Positions 1-6,779 of a DNA stretch of 29,225 bases are shown here, in pieces. The notes under the pieces were generated by a model, which saw only the letters and a list, made by a program, of their open reading frames with translations, ran no database searches and was not told where the DNA came from. Each line of letters begins with the position of its first letter. Positions within the stretch are counted from its first letter, which is position 1. The position numbers were made by a program, and so were the translations under genes. Origin of the DNA: a virus (Duplodnaviria; Caudoviricetes); IMG/VR virus record IMGVR_UViG_3300030207_004816, positions 1 to 29,225 of that record. One strand, 5' to 3'.

Positions 1-1
1 G

Positions 2-466
2 ATTGAGCAACTGGTGAAACGGTTCGTAACAGAGGGTCGGCAGGTGCTTGTGTTGAGTGATAGGGTCAAGCATTGCCAAGAGCTGGCGGAACGGATGGCA
101 AACCAAGGAGTGAGTTCAGCGACCTTGGTTGGTGCCATGTCAAAGAAGCAACGACGGGAAGTGCTTGAGCTTGCTGATGCTCGAGAGATCAAAGCAGTGT
201 TCGCCACCACTGTGGCGGATGAAGGACTGGACCTTCCAGGTCTGGACACGTTGATACTGACGACACCGACAAAGTCGATGGGTCGGATTCAACAACGGAT
301 TGGGCGCATCATGCGACGTGCAGACAACAAGAAGACCCCGTTGGTCATCGACTGCGTCGATACCTTTGGTCCGTTGTTCGGTATGCACAGGAAGCGTGAT
401 CGATTCTACAAGGGCCTTGGGTGCGACGTGCGTAAAGTATCGAGGGTCGTGCCCAATGGTTTGTAG
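2..466 (+). CDS. Superfamily 2 (DEAD/DEAH-like) helicase, C-terminal part (5' truncated by the window edge)
   Basis: The frame is open from position 2. Helicase C-terminal motifs: VLVLSDRVKH (IV), TTVADEGLDLPGLD (V), QQRIGRIMR (VI). Confidence 0.9.
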   Translation: MEQLVKRFVTEGRQVLVLSDRVKHCQELAERMANQGVSSATLVGAMSKKQRREVLELADAREIKAVFATTVADEGLDLPGLDTLILTTPTKSMGRIQQRIGRIMRRADNKKTPLVIDCVDTFGPLFGMHRKRDRFYKGLGCDVRKVSRVVPNGL

Positions 467-704
467 CAAGTGCGGAGGCAAGACGAGCGTGGTTGCGACA
501 CGGACGGTGAACAAGCCCGGACGCGGAGCTGAGGTCAACAGAGTGGCCAAAGTAGTTGACTGGTACACCTGCGATTTCGTGGCTCGAAAGCGCAAGTGCG
601 TGGACTGTGGGTACATGATGATGACTGCTGAGCTGTTGCTCCCAGACGTATCCGCGATGATTCAAGAGGCAGTCAATGGTCATGCACCAGAGGATGTTTC
701 TTGA
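456..704 (+). CDS. NrdR-like N-terminal zinc-ribbon protein without an ATP-cone
   Basis: ATG at 456 gives MVCSKCGGKTSVVATR...RKRKCVDCGYMMMTAE, matching the CxxCG..T.V..SR...RRRxCxxCG..F.T.E pattern of NrdR zinc ribbons. Confidence 0.7.
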   Translation: MVCSKCGGKTSVVATRTVNKPGRGAEVNRVAKVVDWYTCDFVARKRKCVDCGYMMMTAELLLPDVSAMIQEAVNGHAPEDVS

Positions 705-1345
705 AGATGTACGCAAGCTGGACTGGGACAAAGAAAAACTTGAGGGCACTCAGGGCTCATGGTTGGGGTCTGCTGATGAGTCCAGACACGCTGATCCGTT
801 GCCGTGGCAAGAGTGCTCCCTTGTGGCCTGACGGCACCAATGCTCCATATGTACTGGACAACGGTGCTTGGGGTTGTCACCAAAGAGGAGAACCATTCAA
901 TGACGAAGCATTTATGTGGGCATATGAAACAATAGGTGCTGGTGCTGAGTGGGTGGTCGCACCAGACATAGTTGCTGGTGGGATGGAATCACTTGAGCTG
1001 ACGCGCAGTTGGCTGCCACGTATCGACCACAACAAAGTACTGATTGCTGTTCAAGATGGAATGGTTCCACAACATGTTGACTCTATGGTGTCTGAAAACA
1101 ACGGCATATTTCTTGGTGGCAGTACAGAATACAAGCTCGAATCAATGCAGATGTGGGGTTCTTACTGCCGCAAAAAGGAAGTTCATTTCCACGTTGCGAG
1201 GGTCAACACCATCAGGAGATTGAGAGCATGTCAGAGCGCAGGCGTGGATTCTATAGACGGTTCTAGCGCATCAAGATTTTCGGTTTCAGCAAGCTTGTTG
1301 CCATCAGCAGCAAGACAACGACAACTGTTTGGGAGGAAAAAATGA
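701..1345 (+). CDS. TGT-fold (DpdA-like) deazaguanine transglycosylase candidate
   Basis: Motifs LDNGAW, APDIVAG, AVQDG, IFLGGS, HFHVARVN and DSIDGSS parallel the TGT/DpdA TIM-barrel motifs (DSGG, D, vQG, GG, HxLG, DsxD). Directly upstream of queC with an ATGA overlap. Confidence 0.65.
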   Translation: MKMYASWTGTKKNLRALRAHGWGLLMSPDTLIRCRGKSAPLWPDGTNAPYVLDNGAWGCHQRGEPFNDEAFMWAYETIGAGAEWVVAPDIVAGGMESLELTRSWLPRIDHNKVLIAVQDGMVPQHVDSMVSENNGIFLGGSTEYKLESMQMWGSYCRKKEVHFHVARVNTIRRLRACQSAGVDSIDGSSASRFSVSASLLPSAARQRQLFGRKK

Positions 1346-1941
1346 CGGACACCAAGGAAAGGATTGCACTGCTGTTCTCTGGCGGTATCGACTCAATGCT
1401 GTTGGCCGAGCGAGCTCACAGAAAAGGCACGCTCAAGGCCCTGATATTTATCAACTATGGACAACCATCGTACTTCGAAGAAATGAAAGCGGTTTCGGAA
1501 TGGTCACAAGCTCGAGGCTACACGGTCGATGTAGTCGACGCTGATATTGAAGGCGTCGAAGAATGCATGGCCATTGGTCCCACTGAAGACGGGCTCCGCA
1601 TACTCCCTGGTCGCAACATGGTCATGTGCTCTCATGCTGCAAATGTCGCTGTGGCCAAAGGCTGTAGCACAGTATGGTACGGGGCCAACAAAGACGACAA
1701 AGACTACCCAGATTGCAACCCGCACTTCATATCTGCGATGAATCACTGTTTGCGTGCTTGCATGATTTCTGTGGAAATCGAGGCACCACTCGTTCAAATG
1801 AACAAGAAGCAGATCATTAAGGAGGCCGTCAGTTTAAACATGGAGCTCGACAAGGCTTGGTCTTGCTATGAGTCGGTGAAGTTGAACGAGCCCTGTGGAC
1901 TGTGTCATTCGTGCAAGGAAAGGATTGACGCGGGTGGATAG
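1342..1941 (+). CDS. queC: 7-cyano-7-deazaguanine synthase (QueC family)
   Basis: LFSGGIDS PP-loop, INYGQ, PGRN, YPDC and WSCY..PCGLCHSCKER zinc motif. Confidence 0.92.
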   Translation: MTDTKERIALLFSGGIDSMLLAERAHRKGTLKALIFINYGQPSYFEEMKAVSEWSQARGYTVDVVDADIEGVEECMAIGPTEDGLRILPGRNMVMCSHAANVAVAKGCSTVWYGANKDDKDYPDCNPHFISAMNHCLRACMISVEIEAPLVQMNKKQIIKEAVSLNMELDKAWSCYESVKLNEPCGLCHSCKERIDAGG

Positions 1942-2110
1942 AAAAAGACAACTCAAAACGTATACCCTCCCCTCCGAGGGCGGGTCTTCTTTGCGGGGAG
2001 CGGGTTGGACGCTCATCGCAGAGACACAAGGGGGCTCGTGGAGCTGCAAAAGCAGACCTCGAGTCGATTTACATCCAACACAACAGAAGTTCCGATGGGA
2101 AAAACAATGA
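1934..2110 (+). pseudogene. C-terminal remnant of an XF1762-family (Mom/GNAT-like) protein
   Basis: The peptide LKTYTLPSEGGSSLRGAGWTLIAETQGGSWSCKSRPRVDLHPTQQKFRWEK resembles the XF1762 C-terminus (TY.L..E.G.SLRA.GW...GG.W....RP..D..P.Q.K.RWE). The N-terminal half is missing. The stop overlaps the ssb ATG (ATGA). Confidence 0.65.
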
Positions 2111-2502
2111 ACAAAGTGATTATCAGCGGCAATCTGGGGCAAAAACCTGAGATTCGAGAAGCAAAGAGCGGCATGAAGGTAGGAAACTTCAGTGTGGCCA
2201 CCAACGAGCGCGTCAAGCGTGGAGATGAGTGGACCGATCACACTGAGTGGCACCGTGTTGTCGTATTTGGCAAGGAAGCAGAGAACTGCGAGCGATTTTT
2301 GGACAAAGGGTCCAAGGTCTTGGTCGAAGGCAAGCTTCGTGTCCGTGATTACGAGGACAAGGAAGGAAACAAGCGCAAAAGCATCGAGATTTTGTCCGAT
2401 CGCGTCGAGTTTCTGACCAAACCAGAGAACGGAATGGCTTCTCGACCCGCAGCTCAGCCAGCTGGGGGCTCAAGCTACAACGATGACGAGATTCCGTTCT
2501 AA
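2107..2502 (+). CDS. ssb: Single-stranded DNA-binding protein
   Basis: MNKVIISGNLGQKPE, TEWHRVVVFGK, KGSKVLVEGKL and the acidic C-terminus DDEIPF. Confidence 0.97.
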   Translation: MNKVIISGNLGQKPEIREAKSGMKVGNFSVATNERVKRGDEWTDHTEWHRVVVFGKEAENCERFLDKGSKVLVEGKLRVRDYEDKEGNKRKSIEILSDRVEFLTKPENGMASRPAAQPAGGSSYNDDEIPF

Positions 2503-3482
2503 TGATCGAACGTCACGACATCGACGAGCTCAAACAGAGAATCGGTGACCGAGTTCTTGTCGTCAGCGTGTCTGGCGGCAAGGACAGCACCGCTACTTGT
2601 CTTTACCTGCAGGAGCTTGGACTGTCGTATGAAGCGACATTCTTCGATACTGGTTGGGAGCACGCCGATACTTACAAGTACTTGGAAGAGTACTTGCCCT
2701 CGAAGATTGGTCCCGTCAAAAGGCTGGTTCGACGACAAGAGATGCGGTCTGCAGAACTCGAAGAGCTGGCACAGAAGTATGAAAAACGTTTGGGTTGGTA
2801 CTCACCGATGGTCAGGCTCTGCATCCACAAGGGCGTGTTCCCAGCTCGGCAAAGTCGATGGTGTACCGAACAACTCAAGGTCTTCACTGCTAAAGAATAC
2901 CTACGTGGTCATGACGATGAGCCGATCAGTGTGGTCGGCATCAGAGGTCAAGAGAGCGCCTCTCGCGCCAAGATGAGCGAGTGGGAGTGGTTCGATGCAG
3001 GAGACTGCGAGGTCTGGAGACCGCTCATCAACTGGACCTTCGAGGATGTAATCGACATTCATCAAAGGCATGATTGCTCTCCGAACCCTATGTACTTGGG
3101 AACCAATCCATCGGAGAGGGTTGGATGCTATCCATGCATCTACGCACGAAAAAACGAGATACGTCGAATCGCAGCCAATGACCCAAACCGAATCGAACTG
3201 TTGGCCGATTTGGAGCGAGACATTCACAAGATACGAGTCGCGAAGGCCGAGGCTAAAGGTGAGCAGTTGCGAACCCCGACTGGTTGGTTTCAGTCACCTG
3301 GAGGGGAAATCAACCCCGATACAGGTCGCCGATCTGGTCTGTGCTGGCCAATCGATCGTGTTGTCGACTGGTCTCGCACTAAACATGGCGGGCGTCAGTT
3401 CGAACTTTTTGATGCGCTGCCGAGTGAGCGGGGATGTGTGCGTTGGGGGATGTGTGACACTGGCGCATCCGTGGAGGAATGA
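2502..3482 (+). CDS. PAPS-reductase-family (PP-loop) protein
   Basis: SVSGGKDS, FDTGWEH, RWCTEQLK, GIRGQESASR, WRPLINW and NPMY...RVGCYPC. Confidence 0.88.
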   Translation: MIERHDIDELKQRIGDRVLVVSVSGGKDSTATCLYLQELGLSYEATFFDTGWEHADTYKYLEEYLPSKIGPVKRLVRRQEMRSAELEELAQKYEKRLGWYSPMVRLCIHKGVFPARQSRWCTEQLKVFTAKEYLRGHDDEPISVVGIRGQESASRAKMSEWEWFDAGDCEVWRPLINWTFEDVIDIHQRHDCSPNPMYLGTNPSERVGCYPCIYARKNEIRRIAANDPNRIELLADLERDIHKIRVAKAEAKGEQLRTPTGWFQSPGGEINPDTGRRSGLCWPIDRVVDWSRTKHGGRQFELFDALPSERGCVRWGMCDTGASVEE

Positions 3483-4213
3483 TGGAACAAATGTCGTTGA
3501 TATCTGTCCGTGAACCAGATCAACCAGAGGGGGTCGACCTTCGTAACTGTGGGATCGACGAACTGTTCGACGAGGTTCGAGGAGCTCGTATGGTCTTCGT
3601 GGACCCACCGTGGACCTACAGCAACAGTGGCGACAAGACTCGCAGTGCAGCGAGTCACTACCCATGCCTGACCATGAGTGACATCGTAAGGCACGTTCGC
3701 AGCTCATACGATTGTGCTGCGGACGATGCCTACATGGTCGTGTGGGCCACGTTCCCTTTACTGGCGGAGTGGATGTCGGTATCGACACCGGAAGACATCA
3801 AGTGGACCTACGTGACAGGTGGTGCATGGGCCAAGACTGGAGCACCCGGCAGTGGGTTCCATTGGAGGGGCAACGCAGAGCCGATTCTCATTTATCGAAA
3901 AGGCAAGCCTAAACCCTGCACGACCAAGCTTCTGCGATCGACTCATGTCAGTGAACAGCATCGAGGCAAACACTCGAAGAGTGGAGAGGCACTCGCACAC
4001 AGTGAGAAGCCGATTGCGTACCAAGCCAACATGATTGAGGTGTGGTCCAATCCCGGTGACCTCGTGCTCGACGTTTACGCAGGCCTCTGCAGCGTTGGTC
4101 GTGCTTGTAAGCGGACTGGTCGCAGATACATCGGAGCTGAGATTGATCCAGTTCGATACCGCTCAGCTGTAGACCGCCTTGCACTGGACGGGTCAAGAAA
4201 TCATGGGGTGTAG
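3479..4213 (+). CDS. Amino (N6-A/N4-C) DNA methyltransferase, beta class, MT-A70-like
   Basis: Catalytic DPPW precedes HY..T..DI, WATFP and HSEKP. SAM-binding GDLVLDVYAG...GRRYIGAEID is C-terminal. Confidence 0.88.
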   Translation: MMEQMSLISVREPDQPEGVDLRNCGIDELFDEVRGARMVFVDPPWTYSNSGDKTRSAASHYPCLTMSDIVRHVRSSYDCAADDAYMVVWATFPLLAEWMSVSTPEDIKWTYVTGGAWAKTGAPGSGFHWRGNAEPILIYRKGKPKPCTTKLLRSTHVSEQHRGKHSKSGEALAHSEKPIAYQANMIEVWSNPGDLVLDVYAGLCSVGRACKRTGRRYIGAEIDPVRYRSAVDRLALDGSRNHGV

Positions 4214-4276
4214 TTCAATCGGCAGAACGCTTGGTTGTTACCCAGGAAGTTGGTGGTTCGAGTCCATCCGCCCCAG
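4204..4276 (+). tRNA. tRNA-Asn (anticodon GTT), CCA not encoded
   Basis: Acceptor TGGGGTG/CGCCCCA with G discriminator; D arm GTTC/GAAC; anticodon stem CTTGG/CCAGG with loop TT-GTT-AC; T arm GGTGG-TTCGAGT-CCATC. Confidence 0.93.
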
Positions 4277-4298
4277 TTTTAAATCAAAGGAGAACAAC

Positions 4299-4562
4299 AT
4301 GTTCAATACCACCACCGTCAAACGGAGCTCAATGCGAGGCACCGTTCTTACCTATGTCCTTTCGGAGCCTGGAGAGGAGACCGTCAACAGCATTGTTGAT
4401 GACCTGTACCATGGCGTCGGAACGAAGAAAAAAATCTTCAACGCTGTGTATGATGCTGTGACCAATCTGCGTCAACGAGGCTTGCTGTACTACGGAGATG
4501 GACCCAACAGAACAAACAGGAAGCTGCACGCTGTTGATGGCGCAGCTCAATGCTTGGTCTGA
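4299..4562 (+). CDS. Hypothetical protein, possibly winged-helix DNA-binding
   Basis: AAGGAG RBS before ATG 4299. The segment VYDAVTNLRQRGLL resembles a wHTH recognition helix followed by a wing. Confidence 0.6.
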   Translation: MFNTTTVKRSSMRGTVLTYVLSEPGEETVNSIVDDLYHGVGTKKKIFNAVYDAVTNLRQRGLLYYGDGPNRTNRKLHAVDGAAQCLV

Positions 4563-4931
4563 TTAGTTTGGTGTCGCACCCAACTTTACGATGACGTTGT
4601 CGGTAGGGTTGGTCTGACTGTTAACGGTCCCTGCGTTGACGCTAGTGTAGAACTGCAGTCCACTCGCAATCACGACTGATGTAGGCATGTAAATGTAGCA
4701 AGTCGTGTTTGCGGGACAATACAGTTGAATGTAGTGCTGCGTTTGATTGTTGTTGCTCCCATTGCTGGCAATAATCTTCGTGTATACGGCACTTCCGTTG
4801 GGGTTGGTAACCTCCACGAAGTAGAGCTTCTGAGCTGCAGAGAAAGGTGTCTCGATTGTTGTGTCTGAATCCGTGTCAGTCACAATCTTTGTGACTAAGG
4901 GATCCGAAGCAGTCGTCGTTTGTACAGCCAT
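4563..4931 (-). CDS. Small beta-rich putative virion protein, paralog of 16155..16553
   Basis: Clean ORF. Shares SAVYxKI, CY..P, S/TGL and SQ...T..VIV with 16155..16553. Confidence 0.7.
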   Translation of the reverse strand: MAVQTTTASDPLVTKIVTDTDSDTTIETPFSAAQKLYFVEVTNPNGSAVYTKIIASNGSNNNQTQHYIQLYCPANTTCYIYMPTSVVIASGLQFYTSVNAGTVNSQTNPTDNVIVKLGATPN

Positions 4932-4938
4932 GAGAACC

Positions 4939-5310
4939 TCAAGAGCAGAGAATGGTAACGGTTGTTGAGTTTGGAGCAGTGGTGTCTGACGTAGCGGGTT
5001 GCTGCGTTGTCCAGAAGCTCAACTGAACAAAATCCAATCCAGTTGGAAACAGATATTCTTCTGTGGCATTCGGACCCGCAGCCAACATCATGTCCGGCTC
5101 TGTTGTCCCCGCAGCGACTGTTCCAGAGGTCAGCTTGAACTTGGTGTACGAAGTGTTGGTGCCTGCACCGTTTACGATCTCGATTGAGTAGATCTTACCC
5201 GCTCCACCCGTCACATCGGTTTCAGGGTTTTCATCCGAGTCAGTATCGCTGACAAGTTTGTATTGTGCAGTCGAAGAAGAAAAGCCTGAGACCTTAAGAC
5301 CAGTTGACAT
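4939..5310 (-). CDS. Small beta-rich putative virion protein, paralog of 16553..16909
   Basis: GGAG RBS before ATG 5310. Shares T.G.G.I.SI..VN, DM, P.GL and D.TAP with 16553..16909. Confidence 0.7.
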   Translation of the reverse strand: MSTGLKVSGFSSSTAQYKLVSDTDSDENPETDVTGGAGKIYSIEIVNGAGTNTSYTKFKLTSGTVAAGTTEPDMMLAAGPNATEEYLFPTGLDFVQLSFWTTQQPATSDTTAPNSTTVTILCS

Positions 5311-5336
5311 GCCGACTCCAAGAGGTGTGTGAGCGT

Positions 5337-5366
5337 ATTGTACCAAAGCTTAGTACGTCTGACCAA
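5337..5366 (-). promoter_or_regulatory. Putative sigma70 promoter (extended -10) for the 5310/4931 gene pair
   Basis: The minus strand reads TTGGTC-N18-TACAAT, with TG one base upstream of the -10 (TGgTACAAT). Confidence 0.5.
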
Positions 5367-5397
5367 TCGTCACAATCACTAAATGTAGTGACTCGTT

Positions 5398-5426
5398 TTG
5401 ACAGAACCTGCGCCGTTCACTATTGT
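5398..5426 (+). promoter_or_regulatory. Putative sigma70 promoter for the HTH-primase-helicase operon
   Basis: TTGACA-N17-TATTGT, followed by AGGAG RBS and ATG 5450. Confidence 0.7.
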
Positions 5427-5449
5427 TGCTACACCATAGGAGACAGCAC

Positions 5450-5731
5450 ATGTCAGCACAACATCAACACATCGAGCCGAAGTTTCGAATCGATACCAAG
5501 CCTGCGCTTCAAGCGTTGTTCAATGAGCTGGGTGATTCGTACCGCGAAGTTGGACGCATCCTTGGAGTGTCGCACACACATCTGTGGCATGCGCTCAAGG
5601 GTGATCGCAAATCGATTTCGGTCAATCTGTTGGCCAGGTATGCATCCGAAGCGTACCACCGGGCCGGTGTGAAGATGACCTTGTTGATCGAGTGTGACGG
5701 CAAGCTCAAGTGGAAAATCGAACGCACCTGA
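5450..5731 (+). CDS. XRE/Cro-like helix-turn-helix regulator
   Basis: AGGAG RBS. HTH pattern SYREVGRILGVSHTHLWHALKG. Confidence 0.8.
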   Translation: MSAQHQHIEPKFRIDTKPALQALFNELGDSYREVGRILGVSHTHLWHALKGDRKSISVNLLARYASEAYHRAGVKMTLLIECDGKLKWKIERT

Positions 5732-5762
5732 TTGTGTTCTAATCAACCTTCCCCCCCGATAG

Positions 5763-6779
5763 ATGGAGCTTGCCGTGTGGATACACGATGCTGAACGTAT
5801 TGCAGTAGTTGAAGTAGCAACAAGATTAAATCTCAAACTCATGAAGTCCAACTCGATTGGACCGTGTCCGAACTGCGCTGCCACGGAACGTGGATCAAAA
5901 GACAAGCGTGGACCGATTGGTATTCGAACCGACAATAAAGGCTGGCAGTGCCATCGATGTGGCGCGAAAGGTTCAGGGATCGACTTGGTTTCCTTTTGTC
6001 TTGGTGGCTCAAAGTTTGCTGAGCTGACGCCTGAGATGAAAACCAAGGTTCGAGTTTGGTTTGAAGGAGAGATAAACGATGGCGCCAACATCACCAGTGA
6101 GCCAAAAAAGCTCAGGGGCGAACGACCACCGCATCATCAGATCAAGCATCTTTGGTCTACTTCGATGCAGTTGCACCAGCTGCCACCGAATGATGAGTGC
6201 GTGGCATTCCTCAAACAAAGGAACCTCAACCTGAAGGCGTTGGCAAAGTCCGGCGTTGTCCGCATCACACCGGATCGAGGAGGGTATCATTGGCCGAGCT
6301 GGTGGCCTGCAGGCAGAACCAACATGTGGAGGCTGATTGTTCCCGCGTTTGATGAGTTGGGCAATTTCGTCAGCCTTCATGGTCGAGCAATCAAACCGTG
6401 TGAACCGGCGCCAAAAACGCTGTGGCCGAAAGGGTTTGAAGCAAAAGGGCTTTTCATGCCCAATCGATACGCTGTGAAAATGATGAAGGGATTAGCCGTC
6501 GACTTGGACGGAGTATTGTTCGTCGAAGGCCTGACGGATTTCATGAAGTGCTCTGCAGAAGTTGAGGACTTGGACATCAAGCTTGCGGTGTTGGGTGGCA
6601 CATCGGGTTCCTTTGGCGCGATTTCCAATCTTAAGATTCCAAAAAATCTAAAAGTCTACATCGGAACCGATCCTGATGAGCAAGGTCGGGAGTACGCCAA
6701 GACGATTCAATTGCAACTCGGGGACAGGACCTCTTACAGGATACCGCTTGAAAACTTGGTCGGAGGCACGGATGCTTGA
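5763..6779 (+). CDS. DNA primase (zinc finger plus TOPRIM)
   Basis: CPNC...WQCHRCGAKGSGIDLV zinc finger; FVEGLTDF and TDPDEQG TOPRIM motifs. The true start may be GTG 5775, which follows GGAG. Confidence 0.8.
   Translation: MELAVWIHDAERIAVVEVATRLNLKLMKSNSIGPCPNCAATERGSKDKRGPIGIRTDNKGWQCHRCGAKGSGIDLVSFCLGGSKFAELTPEMKTKVRVWFEGEINDGANITSEPKKLRGERPPHHQIKHLWSTSMQLHQLPPNDECVAFLKQRNLNLKALAKSGVVRITPDRGGYHWPSWWPAGRTNMWRLIVPAFDELGNFVSLHGRAIKPCEPAPKTLWPKGFEAKGLFMPNRYAVKMMKGLAVDLDGVLFVEGLTDFMKCSAEVEDLDIKLAVLGGTSGSFGAISNLKIPKNLKVYIGTDPDEQGREYAKTIQLQLGDRTSYRIPLENLVGGTDA

Noticed and set aside
2502-3482. Calling this gene cysH, a sulfate-assimilation auxiliary metabolic gene
   Set aside because: It lacks the C-terminal ECGLH motif and has no cys-gene context; its neighbours are DNA-modification genes.
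4204-4276. tRNA as a prophage attachment site or boundary
   Set aside because: Phage-type genes continue on both sides, and no integrase or duplicated tRNA 3' end was seen in the window.
4179-4298. Long N-terminal extensions in the ORF track (4179, 2005, 6676, 9537, 15567, 9617)
   Set aside because: They overlap the tRNA, promoters or neighbouring genes. Downstream ATGs with an RBS or coupled stops are better starts.
5751-5757. C7 tract upstream of the primase as a phase-variation site
   Set aside because: The tract is short, intergenic and not within an evident promoter spacer.
5453-6094. 213-aa minus-strand ORF, and similar ones at 9735..10319 and 20494..21105
   Set aside because: They overlap well-supported genes on the opposite strand and carry no recognisable motifs.
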